The notes beneath the pieces were generated by a model, which was not told where the DNA came from, did no database searches, and saw only the letters and a list, made by a program, of their open reading frames with translations. Source: Bugula neritina (Eukaryota; Animalia; Bryozoa). Taken from it: a DNA stretch of 64,000 nucleotides. Position numbers and translations under genes: made by a program. The DNA lies in contig OZ037767.1 of assembly GCA_964035545.1 (NCBI GenBank), forward strand, positions 20,476,628 to 20,540,627. Reading direction: 5' to 3'. Shown here one piece after another: positions 13,691-24,465 of this stretch (the first letter of the stretch is position 1; every line of letters starts with the position of its first letter).

Positions 13691-14924
13691 AAGTGCGACG
13701 CCGACTGCATAGCCGTAAGCCATAACTTATACTAAGTAATTAGTAAATACTTATACTTTATACTTATAGTTATAGTTATAATTATAGTTCTTATCATTAA
13801 ATATAAGTTACATTTTGATTTAGTTTGACTTTTAGTAAATTAGCTATCATTTTGATTTTAAATTTTTACTTACTCGTACTCTTAGTAAAATTCAAATTAT
13901 GTTTTAAGTTCAACTTTTAGTTGTACTCAGTGAAACTTTTGCTTGAAGTTGAACTTTTGCAATTTTGGTTTTTAAATCTTTTAATTAAAATAATAATCAT
14001 AATATATAATTCAAATTGTTAAATGAATTATAATAAACTTGAACTAAGTTTTACTTTTGGAACTAGAATTTAAATTTTATTTCAAGTTTTTTCTTGATGT
14101 TGAACGTTTACAAATACTTTTACATTAGACTCCAGTTATTAACTTATCAGTTATTTGGTTATAGTTTAAGTTATTATTATTAGTTATTTCGTTTTACTGG
14201 CTTGGGTTAGCCTTCAGAAATTTGCATACAGTTATTAGACATGGTTTTTAGTCATACTAGTAGTGGTTAATACTTGATAAATATTTACTGCTTCAGTTTT
14301 GATTCAATTAAGTCAATGTAATATTATTAATATAAAGAATCGAAGTGAAATTTAATTTAATTTTACAGTAATATGTAATAAATTCAAATAATTAAAATCC
14401 ATTGATAGTTTCACTATCTGAATCTCGCAATGTTTATAGTTTTGCGGCTGTCATTCATTTTTTAACCAACCAATGTGCTAAAATTGGTGACTTACCCACA
14501 GTTTTAGATCTAGTTTATAAGGTCAAATAAAAGTTTAGGTACTAATTCAATATCATCATGGGCATGGTGATACTTACCAGTTGACTTCTTGATACCACAT
14601 TCGTTGCAGTTATTTTTGTTAACAATATAAATGAGGTTTTATTAACATTCATCTGATTTACAGTAAGCAGGAAATGAAAATAGCTTCTTACATGTTTTGT
14701 TTCGGAGCTTGCGAAGGCCCTGTTTTTATACCATTTAGCGTTTGCCCAGTCATTGCAGGTCTAGTTAAGCACTTGTTAAATTATCACACTGTATCAATAT
14801 TTGGAGAAGTAGGCTTGCAATCAAGATCATTGTATTAAAAGAGAAGTTGTTGGATGTGTATTTGAAATATTTGTTTACTTCCTCACACATTTTCATTTTG
14901 ATGACTTTTCATTGCCAACTTTTC

Positions 14925-15213
14925 GGGGTTGTAATTAATTACATTTTTTCAAGTAATTAAATGTAATTTGTAATTGATGTATAAAAATGTAATTGTAATT
15001 AATTACATTGCTAATGTAATTGAATTTTACAATTACTTTATAATTAAATAATAATTACTTCAAATTTTTAAATTTTATAAAATTCATATTTTTCCTGTCT
15101 TGCCTACTGTTTATAATTGATTACATTTATTTCAACTGTAATTATAATTGTAATCGACAAATTCTCATGTAATTGTAATTAATTACATTTATATGTGGTT
15201 GACCACAACCCTG
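14925..15213 (-). mobile_element. Same MITE family as 5369-5857; inverted and internally deleted copy 2
   Basis: AAATTCATATTTTTCCTGTCTTGCCTACTGTTT closely matches the reverse complement of the copy-1 core. It ends in GACCACAACCCTG. Confidence 0.75.
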
Positions 15214-15330
15214 CGAACTGTCATTGGCTTTGGTAAAGGTTTTCCTATGTATAAATATACTGCAAACCATTTGTAGCACCTATTTCTGTGTTATCTAGTA
15301 ATCTCCCAGAGTTGAGATACCAGCACAAAG

Positions 15331-18300
15331 ATGAAGAGACTTTTCGTCGGAAGACTGGACAAGTCTACTCGGTCGGGAGATATAGCTGATCTCTTTGAGG
15401 TGTACGGTAGACTCTCCAGATGTGAAGTGAAATATGGTGAGATTTTTACTCATAGCTTCAGGCACTACTTTGTGAAACCCTCTCTCCTTTTAGCCTTGTG
15501 ATAAGCATCCGTATTTAGACTCGCACATTTTCATCTTGTTTTAACCTCTTCATTTTTCTATTGTAGGGACAGACCATGGTAAGACAGATTAGACCTCAAA
15601 GGAAATATCAATAGCGCTATTTCAAAGACATGAAAATGAAATTGTGTGTCTAAAACACACTTGGTTTCAATATCGATATATTTGTTAAATGAGCTTGAAG
15701 TCTTGGGACTTGGATTATGGTTACAACTCCGGTTAAACTTTCGTTATACTTTGTGCTTATCTGTAAAATGAAAGATTGTGTATAAATCTTATCCGCCACT
15801 TATCTATCACTTACTAAATGAACTTCTTTTTAATTTAGTTAATCAGTAATTATTTAATATTGCTAATTGTAGAATTTGTCTATTTTTTAGCCTATGCCTT
15901 TGTGGATTTTGAGAATGACAGGGATGCAGAGGTAAGTTGTATGACATACTTGATCTGTCACTTAATGAAAATTCTCAATATTTCATGCATATCTTTTGTT
16001 TCGGTGACTTGATAGTGAATACATTATTTCAGAGTATGAGATTATAACATACTATGAGCTAGATAACACCGCATCCATATGATAATGTGTTTGCCATTCC
16101 TAGGTGTATAATACACTCCATTGGTTTCACTGATATATCCCCGGGCAGTATTAGTTGCCATACGTAGACTCTGTCACTCTTGGTGGTAGACCTGTACCGA
16201 GCCACACTATCCTCTGCCAGCAAGGTGCATAGTTGACCTTGAGAGACCTTGCCATTGCCATAATTAGCGAATCAGTGACTTGCCTGGTTGCCTGCCTCTC
16301 TCAGTACTAGTCAGTTCTCTCTCAGCAGAGCCGCGTTCTCCGTGCAACTTACGGTCACCTGTGCTCAAACTAGTTCCCACACACTCTCGGGGTGTGCAGT
16401 ACAGTAACCTCTGTCTGCTTTGATTTGCTCACCCCTAAGTTGCCACCTACTTGTATCGTGCTACAGGCCTTGTGCATCATTATTAGACTGTGTACGATGC
16501 AGCAGGTAAGGCTGGCTAAGTTATATGTCTAGCTAGAGTATGGGGCATTTCTCCATTTATACTAGGCTATTTTATGTGAAGATACAAAGAAACAACATTG
16601 TACTGCAGTAGGTCTGTAGGTTTTTTGTATTTTCAAGATATAATAAACTGACTTAGAGAAATTCTTATTTACACACATTAGACTTTCCTGCTTCAAATTA
16701 AATTATGGTGCTAATTTTGATGTTTCATTTTAAATTTTTCATTGCTATTTCTATGCATTTGAAGCATCCATCTATGCTACAGTATTCTCTTTGAGTATAG
16801 AAATCAAGCATACAAATGCTTCCATGGAAATTTCTGATGTATTTGGTAGCTAGTGAAAGAATGAATTTTTGTTTTCTAATTGCCTTCTATGTGACACATT
16901 GAAAGTTCATCTAATGTCTACCGTCATGGCTATGGTATTCTCAAGAAGCCCATCAAGTCATTGGAAACAAATCTGCCATTGCATAAAGTTGTGGTTTGTT
17001 TTCCACACAAGAGAAAGAGCCCAAAAATTTTTATATTTGAGCACATGTCGCACGCCCTAAATGCATCATACCTTCTCAGTTATTACTAGGTGATACAACA
17101 TGCATCAAAATATTATATTCTAGGTCTTCGCCAATATAGTAATACTAATGTGAAGCATAGCTGATAGCATTAAATTTGTGTCGTTTGTATGGCTTTTCGA
17201 ACATAATTTTTGTACGAAACATCAAGTAAGTGCATCTTTGAACACATAAACTGTTGAGACCCATCTCCAAGCTTTGCGTAACATTGTTGAATGGTATGTC
17301 TGTTCCATTCTACAGGATGCTATGCGTGGGGAGGATGGCAAGAGACTCCACGGTGCTACCATGGTGGTTGAATGGTCCCGTGGGAAGAACATATCCAGAG
17401 GTGGATATGGCGGAGGTGGTAGAGACGGAGGTTATGGCCCTCCTAGGGGCAGAATGGTAATGGTCTATATATCTCTGCCACTTGTGCTTTAGATTTCGTT
17501 TCGAGTTTTAATAAATCATACTTTCTTTTTTTGATGTAAACTATGTTTTCATATAGAATGTTTTTGTATAAATGAAGTAGCTTATTCTAAGATCGTGTCA
17601 CTGCTTGCCTCTGATATCCATACATCAATGAAAGTTGTTGTGTTTTTAGAGTGGTGGTATGCGTGATGACTGCTATACTTGTGGGCGGAGAGGACACTTT
17701 AGCCGAGACTGCCCGGAGACAGGATATAAAGGGGGCTTCAGGAGGGACTACAACAGTCGCAAGGGTCGTTACAGCCGCTCTGTGTCTCGAAGCAGATCTC
17801 GCTCCAGTAAGTCATCTCACTCAGTCACAGCCAATCTGCCCCACATATTCATGCTGTTATCAGCTGTACAACTTCTGTAACATATCTTACTGTGTTTTAG
17901 GGAGCAGATCTCGAAGGCGTAGGTCAAGGTCTCCTCGTAGATCTAGGTCACCAAGAAGATCCAGGTCTTTTTCACCCCGTAAGTCAAGGTCACCCCGCCG
18001 GTCAAGATCACCTCGTAGATCAAGGTCACCTCATAAGTTGAGGTCACCCAGCAGGTCAAGGTCACCTCGTAAGTTGAGGTCACCCAGCAGGTCAAGGTCA
18101 CCTCGTAAGTTGAGGTCACCCAGCAGGTCAAGGTCACCTCAGAATAAGTCTGGTTCCAAGTCTCCTGAAAGAAATAAGTCGAAATCACCAGTAAAATCAC
18201 GATCTCGCTCGCCAAAGCAGAATAGTAAATCATCAGACAGGGGTGGAGATAAAAAATCATCAGACAGGAGTGGGGATAGAAAATCCGTCGACAAGGGTAG

Positions 18301-18532
18301 AGATAGCAAATCAACAGACAGGGGTGGAGATAGAAAATCTGCCGACAGGGGTGCAGATAGAAAGTCGGCTGACAGAGGTAGAGATAGTAGATCAGCTGAC
18401 AGGGGTAGAGATAGTAGATCAGCTGACAGGGGTAGAGATAGTAGATCAGCTGACAGGGATAGCGGTAGCAAGTCGGCAGATAAAAGTAAAGAAAACGGAG
18501 TACGAAACAGCAGAAGTAGAAGCCGAAGTTGA
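15331..18532 (+). CDS. SR splicing factor: RRM + CCHC zinc knuckle + RS domain (SRSF7/9G8/RS2Z-like), about 362 aa
   Basis: Exons 15331-15436, 15567-15578, 15891-15931, 17316-17456, 17650-17806, 17901-18532, all in phase. RNP2 LFVGRL, RNP1-like AYAFVDF, DAEDA, VVEWSRG, knuckle CYTCGRRGHFSRDC, long RS/SP tract. PolyA signals near 18673 and 18692. Confidence 0.9.
16104..16505 (+). other. Candidate poison (PTC-containing) cassette exon of the SR gene
   Basis: GC-richer block bounded by acceptor ttcctag| (16103) and strong donor CAG|GTAAGG (16505/6), with an in-frame TGA at 16131-16133. Confidence 0.55.
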
Positions 18533-19949
18533 GCAGCATATCACCGAGTCAGACTTCAATATGTATATAGTCTTGTGTTTTGAGTAACTAAAACTCTTCA
18601 GAATGTTGTACTCTGAACAAGTATTGTAGTATAACCTAATTTGTGACTAATTAATAGATATTGTAACATTTCAATAAAAATCTTTTGCATCAATAAAACA
18701 TCTGTATTTTAATTATTAGTCTAATCATTTTAGCTACCATAATATACAATGTGTTGCACAGTCAGTCTATTATGAACGGCATTTGTTATGATAGCCATAA
18801 TAATATATGATCATAAAGTAGCACATTCTTTGTAAAAGAAGACAAATAGATACATGGTTGAAAATGATTGTTGATGGTGGCACTCTATTGAAGTGAGTGG
18901 CAATACAATGGCACTGCAAGTCTGTTGTACAAAGTTGCTTACCAATTTGTATTCTTGGGATCTTTTGAACACCTAGTGAATAATGCACTAGATTTTTGCT
19001 TATTTTTTACAGATAGTGAATTGACCTTGGCTGTTGATGCATTTGAAATTTTCAGCTGCATTTAATGTACTTGGGCCTTTGTAAAAAGCTCATGAATTCC
19101 ACTGACCACTTGGTTGCATGATGGCCAGAAAAATCATAGCTTTTTTTGGGTCGAGACCTTAGAATAAAAATGTCAGCAAAATTAAGAGCTTACAATTATA
19201 AATTTAGGTCATGGTGTCACAAATATTACTGTATAAAACGTGTTGCAATAGTGGCTTGTTTATATTAGTTTGATATCGTGAGATGTATTCCTCTGTGAGC
19301 TGATGAGTAAAGTTACCAAATAGCATTATCAGGTGAACTATTCTCTTTCTAACATTGACATATCACCTGAAAAAGTGGTACTTGAGACGACAACGAGTGG
19401 GCAATATTTACGATAGAGTTATCCTAACTTGCCGTTTTTTAACAGTTCTTCCTTTTCTGTGTTGACCCTGGCAAAGGCGAAGGTTAAATGTGAAAGAGCT
19501 TCGACTACGTCCATGGCACCTTTTCAAGCTCACAACTTTGTAACTAACTTTTGTGACTTGTGCTTCAAACGAAACTGGTTATGTCTGATTGTATCGATAT
19601 TACTAAGTCCAATGCTAATGATCTCAAACATTATAATTATAGCAGTAATTGACACGCATAATCATAATGATAATACCAATCGGTAGTCGTATCTAAATTA
19701 GAATAGCGTGTTGAATGTTCTGAACAATTACAATTATTGAATTGATATTATCATTATGAATTAGTATTACTACTCATATTCATATTGTCTATTACTATTA
19801 GTTTTACTATTAGTTTTACAATAACAATGTAAAAAGAAAAAACTAATCATTGTTCTATTAGGCCTACTATTCTCAACAGCCATGTATTTGTATTTTGAAA
19901 TCCACAAGATTTTTATGCCGTCACATTCCATTACTGATTACTATCCAGC

Positions 19950-21120
19950 TGTGTGGTCAAACCATTTTTTGCTTTTTTAAAATCTCAGAATTCTATAAAA
20001 CACATAGTGACACAGTGGCTTATCGAAACCCGTTATGATGTTGCATCTTGTATTCTTTATGTGCTACCTATTCCCATTCAACATTCACTGAGTGCACATC
20101 CCAACTTCATCCCTTTATTCCACTCAAAATTACAAGTTTTCTATATGGCCACATTGTAGCTAAAAACAGTCCTCTGTTTCTTTAATCGATTATCTAAATC
20201 TTTACTAGTTATAAAAGTATGTTTTTATTTGCTCTACTTTCTACTGTATTAACCATGGAAGCCCTATTCAATCAATTTGTCATTTCTAATTCTACTGTAG
20301 TTTTATCTTTTATGTAGTTACTGAATATACTTTATGTAATCTGACCTTCAATTTATACTCGTTTTTCAATTACCATGTTTTTGCTACCTTTTTTCTGGTA
20401 ACATACAGTCTATATACACCTGCTTTTATGATTTATCTTTTTAGCTCATTGACAGTCCGATCAAGTATTATAGTTAGGTAATGCACTGATGCAACAGCCC
20501 ATGCATTTATTACTATCACTCGATTCCCTTTTGAATTCAGGGCTTTTCTTATATACTTATAGTACCAGTTCTGACATTGTCTTTCATTTCTTCAATTTTT
20601 ATTTTATCAGTATTCCAAGATATTCATAGAATTCTTCAACAAGATGATGTTTTACCCATTCCTTTGTTCTCTGTTTTCTTCCCTCTCCTCTTGACTAGTG
20701 GCACCCTTCTATGATTCAAGCTCCATTTGTATGTCTTTTGTACAAATGCTGACGTTATTCACAAAGGCTTTCAATTATAATTTCTATAATAAGTCACTGC
20801 CATTAGTATCACTTTCCGAATGTCGTTGTTTACAGGAAGCAGTAGTATAAATCTAGAAACTGTGATAGCTATTGCATTTAGAATGCTGTTTTATTGCACA
20901 GTAGTCTTCAGTTTTTATTTTCAGGTCATATGGACACAAGGTCTACATTTTGGGCATTGATAGTATTGCTTTTACCACTTGTAGACTCGCCTCTTCATAT
21001 GCTTAGTTCTGTTTTGCTCAAATTTCCTTGCAAGACTAGCACTGGCATCAGCCAGCCTTTTTATCAATTTTTTAAACAAGTCAGACAAATTAATGGTTTG
21101 GTTTTTACTATTTGGGTTTA
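19950..21120 (-). mobile_element. Degenerate R4/Dong-like (RLE-type) non-LTR retrotransposon remnant
   Basis: Broken minus-strand frames give KPLICL (cf. RPITCL), GNRVIVINAWAV...ELKKINHK (cf. GNLIKAINTWAV...ELEALDRK) and AHKEYKMQHHN (cf. LAQKEYKRRHN). Many stops and frameshifts. Confidence 0.55.
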
Positions 21121-21272
21121 ATATTAGTTTACAAGAATTTGCATTCATCAGCTATAATTTTGCACAACATTGTTGATTTCTTATGAAAACCTGCAGGGTA
21201 TTATCTCTTCACCTTTTGTTACCCTTATAGGTCAACATCTGTTTTCACTCAGCCTCTATTTGGTTAGCCAAA

Positions 21273-23452
21273 ATGGCTATGAGTTCTAGTGAAGCAAAGA
21301 ATCAAGAATTGTCTTCTCCCAAGAAAAAGGCAAAAGTACAACCTAATGCTTTTGTGTCGCTACAGATCACCAATTCTCAGGTAATGTTAATTCATCTTAA
21401 TTTTTGCCTAAGCTGTCATTCTAGTTTGCCTTTATGTAGCTAAGCAGGCCAATATATTAACTACAAGCCATTTAACCTGGTATGCGGCCATCTTTCAGGC
21501 GTATGTTATCTTGATGTGAATTGGTTGTTTAAATTCCATTTGTGTTGATGAACTGTTTGTGCTTCGAAAAGCTATGGTGTCAGAAATTTCAATGACATGA
21601 TTCTGTTCAACTTTAATGTAAATGTGTGAAATCATATGCTGTTTTATTTTGTTGAAGATGTAGTTAAATTTTTTTGCTGGAGTTTGGAGTGATTTTTTGT
21701 TCTGCTTTTGTTTCCACTGATCAAGCTGTGTTATTACCGGGTATTTTTCAGGTGCGAGAGAAACTGAAAAACAATCAGAAATTAATGATAGAAAATGATG
21801 AGTCAATCAGTAAACTCCAAGTCAAGCCGGAGACATTTCATCTTACTCTCATGGTTATGAAGTTAGAACTGAAAAGTGAGACTCTAAGAACTAGACTAGA
21901 AAGTGCATCAGCTGACTCTCATGGCTTTCTCGAATCGCACTTCGAGTGAGCCGTTTTCTATTTGTAAAATCGCAGGCCCTATTTTGTAAGAAACTCGATC
22001 TTAAATCATTCCTTTTGACGATTCTTTTTGAAAATTTTGGTTTTCAATATTATATGACACATGTTCTAAGCCTATTGCAGCTGCTATTAACTTTGATGTA
22101 ATTTATTTTGTTTATGGCAGTTTTTACTTGATGATAGTAAAAATGGCAGTCAAAAGACTTGATAAAATATTTGTTAATATTTCAAACAAAAAGGATTTGA
22201 TATCGTAATTAGATACATCAACCATATCGTCTCCATAAAAACTTTGTCTTTATTAATTTTTATCAAATTTTAGTTTCGGCGAAAAAATTGTTGATATAAT
22301 GACACCAAATAATAATGCAAATTTCTATATGGAAACCATAAATACTGATATAAAAATATGCTAATTTATATTTTCAGACTGTCTAATAAAGCATTAGAAG
22401 AAAGTTCAAAAGAAGTTAGTAAAATATTATCCAAGTTGAACTTCCAATTTAATTTGGACAAAGTCTCAAACTTTGGCAAAGAGGTGGTGTTTGTCACCAT
22501 GAGGAATGAGACAGAAGTGACTGCGTTTAAAGAGGCTGCAGGTACATATACTAGCCCACGACGACAAAAATATCATAGAGACAATGACATAAGGCATTAA
22601 GTTGAAACTACTGCAAATTTTACCTTGCTCAGATTTCAAATGAAAGGTGACCTTTCACTTTGCAAAGTTTTCTATTTTCACCTACTCCTTACAAAATTGC
22701 CTCTTTTATTTTGACAATGCTGAGAAGTCGTTGACTTTGCACTCTTTACTTGACAAGTTCTCACTTTGATCTCTAAAGCTGTCACTTCTCACCTTGATTT
22801 CTTCACTTTTTTCCTTAAAATAATTTGATTTCAGCTGTTTAGCAGAAAAAAGCTTTATAGTATTAGTGACAAGGTATGCATACATTTCCATATAAATATA
22901 ATATTTGTCGTTTATGTGCCATATAATATTTCATAACTTAGAAAGAGTGAGGAACATATTCCAAGACCATGGATTACCAAGTACTGACTCCAGGAGTGCT
23001 TCCCCTCATGTAACTCTCTTTAAGCCATCTAGAGGTTTGTAATTAGCTCCTTTTATCATTACCAAGCAAAAGTTTCTGCCACACTTGCTTCTCAGTTAAA
23101 TTGTTGATATTTGAATATTTTATTATTCATTAGGGTTTTTGTATGAGATTTTTTGCCAGAAAGCTTTCCTTGAACTTGAAGTTGTATAAAAATAGAGTTT
23201 ATAAGTTGTACTTCACTATTTCAACTCACAAAATTTGATGTGTGGGGTATAATGACAAATGATTTTTAATTTGTAGGTAATTATCATATCAAGTTACAAC
23301 CAGAGGTGTATCAGCATCTTTCTGCCGAAACAACCAACTGTGGTACAGAAACATTTCACTCTCTTCAACTCTGCTCTATGACTCATCCTAAACAAGAGAA
23401 CGGCTATTACCATGTCATCCATGAGAAGCTGTTGAGTCATGCCAGTGTGTAA
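21273..23452 (+). CDS. AKAP7-like 2H phosphoesterase (2',5'-phosphodiesterase family), about 244 aa
   Basis: Exons 21273-21380, 21752-21945, 22378-22541, 22942-23034, 23277-23452 in phase. QPNAFVSLQITN, two HxT motifs (FHLTL, PHVTL) and LCSM..KQENGYYH match the AKAP7 catalytic domain. The frame is open upstream of the ATG, so the N-terminus may be longer. Confidence 0.85.
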
Positions 23453-24465
23453 TGCAGACGCGCCTTCAAGACATGTAGTGCAGAAGTTTCATGCTATCTG
23501 AAGATTTGCCATGCTATGTAAGATTATACAGATATGTCTGCTACAGTTCACTATGCTGTCATGCAATCAAATCATTCAAGCACCTACTGTCTAGTCATGA
23601 TTTATTGAGTCGAGCCATTCTTTTCAACGTGCTTCATCGGTACTTAATTTTTGTAGCTATTGCAACCGGGGCATTTGAGAGTAAGATAGTGCCAATTCTT
23701 CAGGCTATAAAACTTTGTCCACTTCTATACCATATACTTGACTTGTACTCACATTTTCAAGATGAAACTCTTTCAAATATGCAGAATAATCAACTTTTAA
23801 AAATTCCAAACTTCAGCAAATATATTTTTTTATGAAAATTTATTCATTTGATGTACAATGTTGATTCTGCAAGATTTATGTATTTTCTTTATTGATTTGG
23901 ATTATTGTTGATGCTAATTGCAAGTTTTCGTTAAAATGTGAACTGAGAAACTGAAAAACTTTTAATAAATAAAATACAAATAAATAAAATTAGAAATTTT
24001 CTAAATAACCTCTACAATGCATAGTCACTCAGATTTTTAGCAATACTTTGCTGCTTTGCTCAGAATTCTTTATTGACAAGTAATTCTATTTTTATTTTTT
24101 AGATCATGTTTATATTTAGTTAACCTTGAAGATTTTATTTTATAAAACCCCCTTTAGCAAGTAAAATTAAGCATATATTTTATTTTTTAATATAAAAACA
24201 GCATTTTCATAAATAATGATGACAGACATTGTGTATGTTAAACAATAAGCGGGATAACAGAAACACCATTACTTACAGCCACCAATATAACACTCAACAT
24301 AGCCATTGTTAAACTAATATGACGCTGTAAATAAGCTTGACTAAAGAAATATAACTTTTCAGTCAATACAATACCCTTTATACTATAAAATTACACTTTA
24401 TACAAATTATATACACTTCCAAGCAACTATTCTTAGAGTCAACATAAATTATTAGATGAAAATTC

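Noticed and set aside
17651-17900. N-terminal part of the 293-aa ORF 17651-18532
   Set aside because: Wrong frame plus intron 17807-17900; only 17901-18532 is coding in that frame.
17943-18587. ORFs 17943-18539(-), 18139-18471(-) and 18243-18587(+)
   Set aside because: Shadow frames of the repetitive RS-domain exon.
18860-18915. Hairpin considered as an H/ACA snoRNA or pre-miRNA
   Set aside because: Short stem, no convincing H/ACA boxes and no second hairpin.
23491-23835. 114-aa ORF after the AKAP7-like stop
   Set aside because: It lies in the likely 3' UTR, has no recognisable motif, and no splice link supports it.
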